From NCBI RefSeq assembly GCF_000017945.1, contig NC_009776.1, forward strand, positions 570,001 to 602,000: DNA of 32,000 nt. Direction: 5' to 3'. The notes beneath the pieces are model-generated. The model was given only the letters and a program-made list of their open reading frames with translations, searched no databases and was not told the origin of the DNA. Positions 1-9,400 of the stretch are shown piece by piece (the first letter of the stretch is position 1; the number at the start of each line of letters is the position of its first letter). A program made the position numbers and the translations under genes. The stretch is from Ignicoccus hospitalis KIN4/I. Lineage in GTDB: Archaea; Thermoproteota; Thermoprotei_A; Sulfolobales; Ignicoccaceae.

Positions 1-240
1 GTGGGCCAACATGACCGGGTGAACTAGCGACTCGTGGTAGATCCACTCGTCGTACTCGCTCGACTGGATCTTCCCGTCTAGTATTAATGCCTTCCCGACG
101 TTGCAGAGCCTCGCAACGACTATCTCTTGGTACTTGCTCTTGCCTACGTACAAAGTCTCCAAGAGGCCGTGGGCGTGCATGGAACACGGCGTTTGGACCT
201 CTAAGAACCAATTAAAGGTCTTCAAGGGAACTCTGTGCAC
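1..240 (-). CDS. speE: Spermidine synthase (polyamine aminopropyltransferase), N-terminal part; gene runs off the left edge
   Basis: Manual minus-strand translation from GTG at 240: VHRVPLKTFNWFLEVQTPCSMHAHGLLETLYVGKSKYQEIVVARLCNVGKALILDGKIQSSEYDEWIYHESLVHPVMLAH. It contains the family-typical 'LDGKIQ(S)SE.DE..YHE.LVHP....H' block. GGAGGTGA Shine-Dalgarno at 247-254, 6 nt from the start. Absent from the ORF track because it has no stop in the window. Confidence 0.88.
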   Translation of the reverse strand, partial: MHRVPLKTFNWFLEVQTPCSMHAHGLLETLYVGKSKYQEIVVARLCNVGKALILDGKIQSSEYDEWIYHESLVHPVMLAH

Positions 241-263
241 CCTTTTTCACCTCCCTAAGTCTT

Positions 264-1226
264 TTGAAAGCTCCGGAAGTTATCTGGGCTTTGGTGATAG
301 AGATGCTAGAGGAAGTGCCGGTCCACGACCCTGAGGAGCTGAAGAACTTCGTGAGCGCGCTGACTTGTGAAGAAATAAAGGAGTTACTCGAAGAGGCCGA
401 GAGGTACTTCGGACGCGAGGTCGAAATTATGGACTCCGTAGGGGGCGTGCTCTTCCACGGAGACATACACGGAGACGTAGACACCTTGTACAAGATATGG
501 GAGCAAGTAGGCATAGAAAAAGTCTTGGACAAGTTCAAGCTGGTCTTCTTAGGAGACTACGTCGACAGGGGGGAGTACCAGCTGGAGGCTTTAACCTTGG
601 TCTTGGCTTTAAAGGCAATGAGGCCCGAAGAAGTAGTGGTGCTAAGGGGGAACCACGAGCCGCCGGAGTGGCTGCCGCCGTCCCCCCACGACTTCCCGGA
701 CGTGCTGGTCTCCAAGTGTGGTCCGAGCAAGGGAAGCGAAATATATAAGGTAGCCTTACAGCTCTTCGACTCCATGCCGGCGCTGGCGCTAATAGACGAC
801 GTAGTCGCCCTCCACGGAGGGCCCCCTGTCTCAAAGGTAATGGAAGGGTGTGAGGGCGAGGATTGCCTTAAGGAGTTGGACCGCAAGAGCTTGGAGGAGG
901 TGTTGTGGAGCGACCCGGACGAACTGATGGGCGGCAAGCTCTGCTCGTGGGAGGACCCCCCGAAGCTCTGCGTGGGGAGCAACCCGCGCGGCGCCGGGGT
1001 CGTCTGGGGCGCGGGGTTGACCAGAGAGTTCCTAGAGAGGCTCGGCTCGAAGTACATAGTAAGGGGCCACACCGCGGTGGACGGCTTTGCGCTCTCCCAC
1101 AACAATAGAGTGTACACGTTGTTCACGAGGTCCGGGCCTCCCTATTACAACGCGAACGCCGCGGCGTTACTATTAAAGAGAAATAGCTTCAACGTCATAG
1201 TGGTCCCGGCGTTGCCGATTCTTTGA
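264..1226 (+). CDS. PPP-family serine/threonine protein phosphatase (metallophosphoesterase); start may be ATG 303
   Basis: Motifs GDIHGDVDTL, GDYVDRG, LRGNHEPP and a later VRGHTAVDGF, the order expected for PPP phosphatases. Confidence 0.9.
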   Translation: MKAPEVIWALVIEMLEEVPVHDPEELKNFVSALTCEEIKELLEEAERYFGREVEIMDSVGGVLFHGDIHGDVDTLYKIWEQVGIEKVLDKFKLVFLGDYVDRGEYQLEALTLVLALKAMRPEEVVVLRGNHEPPEWLPPSPHDFPDVLVSKCGPSKGSEIYKVALQLFDSMPALALIDDVVALHGGPPVSKVMEGCEGEDCLKELDRKSLEEVLWSDPDELMGGKLCSWEDPPKLCVGSNPRGAGVVWGAGLTREFLERLGSKYIVRGHTAVDGFALSHNNRVYTLFTRSGPPYYNANAAALLLKRNSFNVIVVPALPIL

Positions 1227-1296
1227 TGAATTGAGCAAAAGAATCCTCAGCATACTATATAATCTGCACTAGAAGGTCCTTTATGGGCGCGCGGCT

Positions 1297-2499
1297 GTGA
1301 AGGGAGAAGTGTCTAAGATCGTTCTAGCCTACTCGGGAGGGCTGGACACGTCGGTTGCAGTGGCGTGGCTGAAGGAGAAGTTCGGGGCGGAAGTAATAAC
1401 TGTGACGGTAGATGTCGGACAAAAGGAAGATTTCAAGGAGATAGAGGAGAGGGCTTACAAGGCTGGCGCATCCAAGCATTACCTAATTGATGCTAAAGAA
1501 GAGTTCGTAAACAAGTACATAAAGCCAGCAATAATAGCGAACGCACTCTACGAGGAAGTCTACCCCTTAGGCACCGCGCTCGCCAGGCCCCTCATAGGGG
1601 AGAAGGTAATAGAAGTAGCCAGAAAGGAAGGGGCGGACGCGGTGGCTCACGGGGCCACGAGCAAGGGCAACGACCAAGTGCGGTTTGAAGCGGCCTTCAA
1701 GGCCTTAGCCCCAGAAATAAAGATAATAGCTCCTATAAGGATGTGGGGGATGAACAGAAAGGAAGAATACGAGTTCGCTAAGAAGAAGGGTATCCCGATA
1801 AGTGCTGAGTCCAAGAAATATAGCATAGACGAGAACTTGTGGTCTAGAAGCATAGAGGGTGGCGAGCTGGAGGACCCTTGGCAAGAGCCGCCGGAGGAGG
1901 CCTTCGAGTGGACCGTCCCTCCGGAGAAGGCGCCAGAGGAGCCCGCGTACTTAACGATCACCTTTGAGAAGGGTGTCCCGGTGGCCCTAAACGGCAAGAG
2001 GATGGAATTGATTGAGATAATAGATACCCTCAACAAGTTAGCAGGCCAGCACGGGTACGGACGCGTCGACCACATGGAGAACAGGGTAGTCGGGCTTAAG
2101 AGCAGAGAAGTTTACGAGGCGCCTGCCGCCCTCACTATAATAAATTCTAAGAAGGACTTGGAGAAGCTCGTGCTCAACAAGAGGGAGTACAGAATTAAAA
2201 GGATGCTCGACTCTTACTGGGCGGACCTAGTTTACGACGGACTCTGGTTCGACCCCATAAGGGTGGCCTTGGACAATATGTTGAGCGAACTGAGCGAGAA
2301 CGTTAACGGCGACGTGAAGGTGAAGTTATACAAGGGCTCCTTGCGCGTCGTAGGGAGGAGGAGTCCAAACGCGATCTACGACAAAGCGATAAGCAGCTAC
2401 GAGAGCGAGTGGTTCCCGAGCGACGAGATGGCCAGAGGCTTCATAGACGCTTGGCTTATGGACAGCGTCGTCAGCTTTCGGAAGAGGTACTTGAAGTGA
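1297..2499 (+). CDS. argG: Argininosuccinate synthase
   Basis: N-terminal [32 protein letters not shown], then [18 protein letters not shown]-type block ([21 protein letters not shown]); GTG start. Confidence 0.97.
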
Positions 2500-3244
2500 G
2501 GTACTTCTTAACTGGGACCTCGAAGGGGGGCTTCTCTACCTTAACTTCCTTAACGTCTCCGAATCCCAAGCTTACGTTCGAGCCTAACCCGAAGTAGTGG
2601 GAGTACTTGAGTGCCCACAGTAGTTTAAGCGCCAAGTCCTCCTCCATAATGCCGTAATAACTCACGCGCCCGAAGAAGGCCGGGAGCTCGTCGCCCTTGT
2701 GAATTTTGAACGTAGAGAATCGGGGGCGTCCGCCAACTACCTCTACCTTGGAGGAGATAGAATCTGCGTACCCCTTTAGGTCCGTACCCGTAACTTCGCT
2801 CATCCTCTTGAACAGCGAGTAAACCGCGCGGGGAGCGGAGGGCAAGGGCACCCACGCGCCGTGGAAGCGGTAGAGCGTGGGGCCGTGAGTTACCCTGAAG
2901 AAGACCGCGACCGGTTCATCTCCTCCCTTCGGAGGACTTTCCACTTCAACGGTCTTCACGTCCACCTTTATGGGCAAGACGTATTCCACGTTCAACAGCC
3001 CCTCCGCCAGCTTAGCGGGGGCGCTCGCGACCTCTCCCCAAAAGTTCACTTTGAAGGACACCTCCGTCCCCGGCTTGACCTCCGTACTCAGCTTTTCCGG
3101 AGGCACGACGTGGAAGGGGAAGTCCGGGTCCACGTCAACGCTCTTGAATGCGTCGAAAACCACTTTCGCCGCGAACACGCCCTTCCAGACTCTAATCTTC
3201 TTCAGCTCCGTTATTTGTAGGACGACGTCAACGCTTGTTATCAT
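2471..3244 (-). CDS. cas6: Cas6-family CRISPR RNA endoribonuclease-like (RAMP) protein, orphan
   Basis: C-terminal half [20 protein letters not shown]...[27 protein letters not shown] matches the F.G..G.V.Y.G / G.G.....GFG pattern of Cas6 C-terminal domains. ATG at 3244 preferred over the track's GTG 3283. Confidence 0.72.
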
Positions 3245-3344
3245 TGCGCCTCCCCTCGCGCTCGTGCGCGCTGATTCATACACTTTGTTGAGAGCTCGCA
3301 GTAAGGCTCATAGGTCCTTCCGGAGCAGCCGCGAAGGGAAGTTC

Positions 3345-4457
3345 GTGTTCAATGCGAACGACTTTATTAAGAAGAAGATAGAAGAGATAAGGGAACTGGT
3401 CGGGAAGGAAAAGGTTTTAGCGGCCGTCAGCGGGGGCGTGGACTCCACCACGGCCGCTGCCCTCGCCTACAAGGCCTTGGGGCCGGAGCAGATAAAAGTG
3501 ATATTCATTGACACGGGCTTCATGCGTAAGGGCGAGCCCGAGTGGGTCAAGAACGTCCTTAGAGACGTCATGCCGGTGGAAATAGTGGACGCCAAAGAGC
3601 GCTTCTTCAACGCCGTCAAGGGCTTGAGTGACGCCGAGGAAAAGAGGAAAGCATTCAGAGAGGTGTTTTACCAAGTAGTCTCGGAGGAGGCCAAGAAGTG
3701 GGGGGCGAGCTGGTTAGTCCAAGGGACCACCGCCCCAGACTGGATAGAAACCACTGGGGGGATCAAAACGCAACACAACGTCTTGGAACAGCTCGGAATA
3801 AACGTCAGGGAGAAGTGGGGCTTCAAGCTGCTGGAGCCTTTGGTGGAGCTCTACAAAGACGAGGTGAGGGCGGTCGCTAGGGCCTTGGGGCTCCCGGAGG
3901 AGATAGCCTCCCGCCAACCCTTCCCGGGCCCGGGCTTGCTTGTGAGGATACCAGGCCTCGTTACCGAGGAGAAGCTAGAACTGCTCAAAGAAGTTACCGA
4001 AGTGGTGGAGAAAGAGCTGGAGAGGTTCAAGCCCAGCCAGTACTTCGCGGCCATATGGGAGGACCGGCTCGGGCCGAAGGTGTCCGAGAGCCCCGAGGCC
4101 TACTTGTTCGAGGGGGTGAGGGCCACCGGGGTCAAAGGGGACATTCGCGCCTACGGCCCGGTGGCCCTACTCAAGGCCTTCGACTGGGAACGAGTGTACG
4201 ACTACTGGAAGGAGATAATTCACAAGAACAACGAAGTGACGCACGTAGTGGCGGAAGTGGGCGAGCGCGAGGAAGGGGAGTACACGATATCTATAAGGGC
4301 CGTCTTGACGGACAACTTCATGACTGCCGACGTGCTCAAGCTGGATAGGGGAACGCTGGAGGAGATAGCTAAGAAGGTAATGAAAGTTAGTCCCAAGATC
4401 AAGAGAGTGGTCTACGACGTGACCCCCAAGCCGCCCGCGACCATAGAGTACGAGTGA
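3345..4457 (+). CDS. guaAB: GMP synthase (glutamine-hydrolysing) ATP pyrophosphatase subunit B
   Basis: EKVLAAVSGGVDSTTAAALAYKALG PP-loop, IDTGFMRKGE, LVQGTTAPDWIET, RQPFPGPGLLVRI, C-terminal KPPATIEYE. The track ORF (2970) extends upstream over cas6. Start is uncertain; GTG 3345 (VFNANDFIKKKI) fits. Confidence 0.93.
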   Translation: MFNANDFIKKKIEEIRELVGKEKVLAAVSGGVDSTTAAALAYKALGPEQIKVIFIDTGFMRKGEPEWVKNVLRDVMPVEIVDAKERFFNAVKGLSDAEEKRKAFREVFYQVVSEEAKKWGASWLVQGTTAPDWIETTGGIKTQHNVLEQLGINVREKWGFKLLEPLVELYKDEVRAVARALGLPEEIASRQPFPGPGLLVRIPGLVTEEKLELLKEVTEVVEKELERFKPSQYFAAIWEDRLGPKVSESPEAYLFEGVRATGVKGDIRAYGPVALLKAFDWERVYDYWKEIIHKNNEVTHVVAEVGEREEGEYTISIRAVLTDNFMTADVLKLDRGTLEEIAKKVMKVSPKIKRVVYDVTPKPPATIEYE

Positions 4458-4620
4458 AGGGCTCGCCCGCGTTAGCTGCGTTCACCGGCCTCACCACACA
4501 CCACCTCGCTCATCGCCTCGGCAATCAACACCCTCTTCATCACTTCGGATGATAGGGGGCGACACTCCTCATCAGCGCGCTTTTTCTCTCCCAGCTGTTT
4601 AAAAAAGTCGGGTAAACTCG

Positions 4621-5463
4621 GTGACCGAAATTACCCTGATAAATTGCGCGAACGCCAAGACCGTTCACGTACGAAAGGGGAGGATAGAGGAGGGAGAGGG
4701 CGGGGAGCTGTTCGACTGTAAGGGCATGCCGGTCAAGACGCTTAGGTGCACCGTGGCGCTCAAGCCCTTCAAGCGGTGGGAGGAGCTCCTAGAGGACCCC
4801 GTCCCGGAGCCGGAGTGGGTCGACTCCCTCCTAGTAAAAGGGGTGGGCGCGGCGATAGCCCCCAAAGGGACGAGGGCGGCTCTAGTAGAAGTAGTGGAGA
4901 GGCCGTTCGTCTTGGACCCCCTAGCCCCCCCGGAGGAGGTGCCGGAGAGGGGGGCCGTGGTGGCCAGAAGCTTGGACGCCGACTCCTCTTACGGCTACAA
5001 GCTAAAGTACGGCAAGTGGCCGGTTGAGGACTTGGGCGACAAGGCGTCGAACAACATAATACTCAACCCCTTTTGGGTGACCACGTGGGAAATAAAGAAG
5101 ATCAAGATAGCCTCGTTTATGCCGGAAATGGTTGCACTGGGAACCTCCAGCCCGATTCCGCCGGAGCTGCGGAAAGCCGTGTTGAGCCCCCTCACCGGGC
5201 GCTGGGGCCCCGACGCCTTGGAAGCTGTGGCGACCCTCTTGATGAGGTCTCATTACTGGAGCGGGGAGCTGAGGGCCCAACACGACGACGCCTCGTGCTG
5301 GAGCTTCTTGGGCAAAGAGGGGCCGAGGCTTGCGAAGGGGTCCAAGGCTATGTTGTGGGTGGGCCACGAGGAGGCGGAGCTCGTGGTAACGGGCGATCAA
5401 GTCCTATTTAGGGAAGAGTTGCTAGAACTAAAAAGCGTGTCAGCCCCTTCACCACTCCTCTAG
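4621..5463 (+). CDS. Uncharacterised protein (280 aa)
   Basis: Long ORF with GTG start about 20 nt downstream of a TTTAAAAAA TATA-like element (leaderless layout). No family recognised. Confidence 0.8.
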   Translation: MTEITLINCANAKTVHVRKGRIEEGEGGELFDCKGMPVKTLRCTVALKPFKRWEELLEDPVPEPEWVDSLLVKGVGAAIAPKGTRAALVEVVERPFVLDPLAPPEEVPERGAVVARSLDADSSYGYKLKYGKWPVEDLGDKASNNIILNPFWVTTWEIKKIKIASFMPEMVALGTSSPIPPELRKAVLSPLTGRWGPDALEAVATLLMRSHYWSGELRAQHDDASCWSFLGKEGPRLAKGSKAMLWVGHEEAELVVTGDQVLFREELLELKSVSAPSPLL

Positions 5464-6690
5464 GGCTCCCCCGCCCTTCCTCCTCTCTCCCCTGCGCAGT
5501 GTTACTGCCATAACTACGACGCCTACTATTATGCCGAGCACCAAGGCACCTCCTAAGGTTGCTGTATCAATCACCTTTTTCACGCTCGTAACAGTAGTGG
5601 TTAGAGTTTTGCTTACGGTAGTCGTTATGGTACTCACGATTTCGCTAGTCACGGTGGTCGTTGTAGTATAGGTAGTAGTAACGTTCCTTAAGACGGTTGT
5701 CGTGAGCGTCAAGAAGGAGGTCAGAGTACCGTATATCGTCGTAGTCGCCGTCTCCACTACTGTAACGTTGCTTACTACGGTTTTCTTCAAAGTCACGGTA
5801 GTGGTAGTTGTAACCGTGGAGGTTGTAGTGTAGGTAATTGGTGACGTAACTATTATGGTCACGTTGTTAGTCACGGTCTTGAACTCGGTTAGGGTCGTAG
5901 TAGTAGTGACGGTCACGGTTAGGGGCTCGTAGGGGTACTTCGCGGGCTCCTCCTTGGCCAAGTACTTTATCACGTTAAACATGAGCTTTTGAACGTTGGG
6001 GTTGCTCGCTATGTCCCTAAATATCCCGTTCCAAGATAGTATGATCATCTCGTCGGACACTTTACTAGTCCTTATAACTATACAGTACCTGTTGCCCGAG
6101 GCGACGCTCTCGGGCGCTATCAAGTCGGGCACCAAAGGGACCATACAGCAAGAGGAGGGCAAGGCGCTCACGTTAGAGTATATAGGGTGCGCGCTGGCGG
6201 GCCTCAAGGGCCTCACTCCCTCAGCGCAAGAGGGGGCCGCCACCAGCCGACCGCTCACGTTCTTGGGGACCGTAGGTATTATCAAGCCGAGCTTGTACAA
6301 CACGAGCTGCCCTAAGGTGCTCTTAGGCCCGACGACCAGCGCGACCCTAATCCTGTCTTTTATAGCGGGCAATATCACGTTGTTTACATAAGCGTTCGCT
6401 AACTCTTTGTCCCTAGTTATGTTCCCAGTTGAAGCGTCGTTGTCGAAAACCAACAGTATCCCGGAGAACGCCCTCGGGTTGGGCGGGCTGGTGAGGCCGG
6501 TACCCACGGACCAGTCGGAAGGGTTGGGCAAGTAGTTCAACGCTTCCGGCCATGCCCTTACGAAGCTTAGGAGCGCGACGTAGGCCTCGGAGCCCTCCGG
6601 GTAGGGGGAGCTAGTAACTATCCTCACGTCCACCTTGGCCGCGGAGACCAAAGCCGCCGTCAGCACTAGGAGCGCCGCGAGCTTCCTCAT
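5449..6690 (-). CDS. Secreted/membrane-anchored surface protein with Thr/Val-rich stalk
   Basis: Signal peptide MRKLAALLVLTAALVSAA, globular N-terminal region, ~130-aa TTTTVTTTT-type stalk, C-terminal TM helix LGGALVLGIIVGVVVMAVTL followed by RRGERRKGG. Confidence 0.85.
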   Translation of the reverse strand: MRKLAALLVLTAALVSAAKVDVRIVTSSPYPEGSEAYVALLSFVRAWPEALNYLPNPSDWSVGTGLTSPPNPRAFSGILLVFDNDASTGNITRDKELANAYVNNVILPAIKDRIRVALVVGPKSTLGQLVLYKLGLIIPTVPKNVSGRLVAAPSCAEGVRPLRPASAHPIYSNVSALPSSCCMVPLVPDLIAPESVASGNRYCIVIRTSKVSDEMIILSWNGIFRDIASNPNVQKLMFNVIKYLAKEEPAKYPYEPLTVTVTTTTTLTEFKTVTNNVTIIVTSPITYTTTSTVTTTTTVTLKKTVVSNVTVVETATTTIYGTLTSFLTLTTTVLRNVTTTYTTTTTVTSEIVSTITTTVSKTLTTTVTSVKKVIDTATLGGALVLGIIVGVVVMAVTLRRGERRKGGGALEEW

Positions 6691-6871
6691 AGAGTACTAC
6701 CCCGGTGAGACTAGGGTGGGCGGACTTTAAGGAGGAGTTGGCGTCGCCTTCGCTCCACCGAACCCATCATCGCCGGGAGCCAGCTCAGATCGTCCCTGCC
6801 CGCTCACGCGCGCGACGACTTCCCCGGGCGTCGTAATAACGTTCGGCGCGGCCGCATGGGGGGACGCGCTC

Positions 6872-7870
6872 TTGGAATGTCCTTTGCGCGGAAAGAAGGT
6901 GTTAGTGGTGGGGATAGGCGGCGGGGGCGACGTTGCCGCCGCCTACTGCGTCAGCAAGTGGGTCGAGAGCGTCGGGGGGAAGGCAATCTTAGGCAGCGTA
7001 GTGTGGGAGCGCTTGGTCAGAGACCCCCTACCGGGCCCCTTGCCCTTGAGGGAGTTGAACAACGCCGAGGCCGTTGGGGATCACTTGTGGGTGGCGGACG
7101 GCGACGAGTACGCGATAAGAGGGGGAGTGAGGGTGGTCCCTCAAGCCTCCATATTAGCCAGGGTTACTGGGAAGCGAGTTTACTTGTTCGACTTGAACGG
7201 CGGCGCTGAAGGGATTAAGCGAGGGCTAAAGGAGGCGATAGAGCTGGCGGGGGCGGACTTGCTCATAGCCGTGGACGCCGGAGGGGACGTCCTAGCCCGC
7301 CCTGAGGACGAAGAGGTCTGGAGCCCCCTGGCCGATTCTATATGCTTGGCCGCCGTTAAGGAAATTGAGATAGAGAGCTGGGTCGCCGTCTTCGGTCCCG
7401 GGTGCGACGGCGAGCTGCCTCCCCAGAAGGTCCTCGAGAGGGTGTCCGAAGCTTGGAGGAGGGGCGGCAACAAGGGAGGCTTCGTCTTATCCAAGGACGA
7501 CGCAGAGGACTGCTTGAAGGTAGTTAACGAGATGCACACCGAGGCTTCCAAGATGGGTATACTGGCGGCCTTGGGGGAGTTCGGGGAGAAGAAGATACGT
7601 AGAGGTTCGAGGACTCTGTTCCTAAGCCCTCTGACGGCTACTACCTTCTTCTTGGATTCTAACTCAATAGACAGTGTTATGGCCGAGGCTGTGAGAGGGA
7701 GTGTCGATATCGAGGAGGCGAACCAGGCGTTGAGGGCGCTGGGGGTCTACACGGAGCTGGACTTGGAGAGGGACGTAGTGGCTAAGGGAGGCTTGGACAA
7801 GGTCGACCTAGAGAAGGTTAGGGAGGAGGGTAGGAAGAGGCTCAAGACCTCGCCAGCTCGAGGCCTCTGA
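6872..7870 (+). CDS. DUF1152 family protein
   Basis: VLVVGIGGGGDVAAAY, LFDLNGGAEGIKRGLKEAIELAGADLLIAVDAGGDVLA, as in DUF1152 proteins; TTG start. Confidence 0.85.
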   Translation: MECPLRGKKVLVVGIGGGGDVAAAYCVSKWVESVGGKAILGSVVWERLVRDPLPGPLPLRELNNAEAVGDHLWVADGDEYAIRGGVRVVPQASILARVTGKRVYLFDLNGGAEGIKRGLKEAIELAGADLLIAVDAGGDVLARPEDEEVWSPLADSICLAAVKEIEIESWVAVFGPGCDGELPPQKVLERVSEAWRRGGNKGGFVLSKDDAEDCLKVVNEMHTEASKMGILAALGEFGEKKIRRGSRTLFLSPLTATTFFLDSNSIDSVMAEAVRGSVDIEEANQALRALGVYTELDLERDVVAKGGLDKVDLEKVREEGRKRLKTSPARGL

Positions 7871-8762
7871 CCACCGCCTCCCTAGCCCTCTTGGCAACCT
7901 CCTCGTCCAAGACCACTTGGGGCTTCAGCGTCTCCAACGCCCTAACTATCTTGTCTAGAGTTATCTTCTTCATATCTATGCATATAGTGCGGGCGTCGGG
8001 AGGGTATACCTCCACGTGGGGGTACATCTTTTTCGCCCTGTAACTCAAGCCCTCTTCCGTCCCCAGTATGTAACACTTAGCGCCGAGCTCCCCTATAGCT
8101 CTCAGCATCTGACTCGTGCTTCCCACGAAGTCAGCCATCTTCTGGCTCTCCCACGGCGCCTCGGGGTGGACCAAGAGCTTGCAATGGGGGTGCCTCTCCT
8201 TTGCCTTCCTCAAGTAGTACGGGGAGACCAAGAACTCGTGGACCGGGCAGTGGCCCCAAGGGGGCACTGCTATTATGTCCTTATTCGTTCTGTGGGCAAC
8301 GAACTTGGCTAAGTTCTTGTCGGGCCCGAACAAAACTACCTCGTCCTCTAGCTTGGAGACCACTTTGACCGCCGACGCGCTGGTGACTACGTAGTCGCTC
8401 AAGGCTTTCGCTTCTACGCTGGAATTGACGTAAGTTACCAGCGGCGCGTGCGGGTAGTTCTCTCTGAACCGCTTGATTATCTCCGGCGTCATGTGGTCCG
8501 CCAGAGGACACCCGGCCCGAGGCTCGGGGTGCAGGACTACTCTGTCGGGGTTTAGAAGCTTCGCTACCTCGGCCATGAACCTGACCCCAGCAACTACTAT
8601 GACGTCCGCGTCGACCTCCTCGGCCTTCATAGCCATTTCTAGGCTGTCCCCAACGAAGTCCGCTACCTCTTGAACTTCCGGGAGCTGGTAGTTGTGCGCT
8701 ATGATGAAAGCCCTGCGCCGCCTCTTCAGTTCCTCAACCTTTCTCATCAGTTCGTCAATCAT
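7842..8762 (-). CDS. nadA: Quinolinate synthase
   Basis: AFIIAHNYQLPEVQEVADFVGDSLEMA, GVRFMAEVAKLLNP, HPEAPWESQKMADFVGSTSQM, LGTEEGL, conserved Cys residues (CPLADH, CPVH, CIDMK). Confidence 0.95.
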   Translation of the reverse strand: MIDELMRKVEELKRRRRAFIIAHNYQLPEVQEVADFVGDSLEMAMKAEEVDADVIVVAGVRFMAEVAKLLNPDRVVLHPEPRAGCPLADHMTPEIIKRFRENYPHAPLVTYVNSSVEAKALSDYVVTSASAVKVVSKLEDEVVLFGPDKNLAKFVAHRTNKDIIAVPPWGHCPVHEFLVSPYYLRKAKERHPHCKLLVHPEAPWESQKMADFVGSTSQMLRAIGELGAKCYILGTEEGLSYRAKKMYPHVEVYPPDARTICIDMKKITLDKIVRALETLKPQVVLDEEVAKRAREAVVRGLELARS

Positions 8763-8836
8763 CTAGCAGACCCAAGCACCCGCACGGTTTAATTTCTTTA
8801 AAACCTTCAGCCTAAAGGCTACCACGGTAGACAGTT

Positions 8837-9400
8837 TTGAGCAACGACAGGCTCAAGGCGTTCGTTGAGAAAGTAGGCTCGTTTAAGGACGTCAGCTACG
8901 TAGCGGTGAGCTCAGAGGGCTTGCCGTACATGATAAAGGGCACGGAAAGAGAGAACGCTGAGTACGTGGCCGCCGTGGCTTCCTCGCTCTACGACAGAAT
9001 AAACGAGCTAACGATGGCTCTCAACTTAGGCAAGGAGGAGAGGAGCAAGATTTATTACCCAGAAGATTATCATATGTTGTTATTTAAGAAGGATAACTTC
9101 GTAGTTGCGATAAAGTACGACTTCGCCATAGATAAGTTAATAGAAGCCCTCACGAACAACTTGCTAAAGGGCATAGAGGTCAGGTGTCCCTACTGTAAGA
9201 ACGACTTGAGTTTCGACGTGGTGAAGTGTCCTAAGTGCGGGGAGAGGCTCCCGTTTACCGAGCCGAAGTGTTGGAACTGCGGCGCGGACTTAACGCTGAA
9301 GGAGTGTCCGCACTGCGGTAACTTGATCTATTACAACGGCCAGAAACCCTCGTTCATAAAACTGCTCATATACAAGCTCAAGAGGATTTTTGGAGGCTAG
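8837..9400 (+). CDS. Roadblock/LC7-like domain protein with C-terminal double zinc ribbon
   Basis: N-terminal ~105 aa (VSYVAVSSEGLPYMIKGTERENAEYVAAVASSLYDRINELTMAL...LLFKKDNFVVAIKYD) resembles roadblock/LC7 folds. Then four CxxC knuckles: CPYC, CPKC, CWNC, CPHC. TTG start. Confidence 0.7.
   Translation: MSNDRLKAFVEKVGSFKDVSYVAVSSEGLPYMIKGTERENAEYVAAVASSLYDRINELTMALNLGKEERSKIYYPEDYHMLLFKKDNFVVAIKYDFAIDKLIEALTNNLLKGIEVRCPYCKNDLSFDVVKCPKCGERLPFTEPKCWNCGADLTLKECPHCGNLIYYNGQKPSFIKLLIYKLKRIFGG

Noticed and set aside
2970-3344. Upstream extension of the GMP synthase ORF from 2970
   Set aside because: It is the antisense frame of the Cas6-like gene; homology begins only at about 3345 (FNANDFIKKKIEEI).
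6691-6871. Box C/D sRNA upstream of the DUF1152 gene (CTGA followed by GCGATGATG on the minus strand)
   Set aside because: Only one D-like and one C-like box; the second pair needed for a full sRNA is missing.
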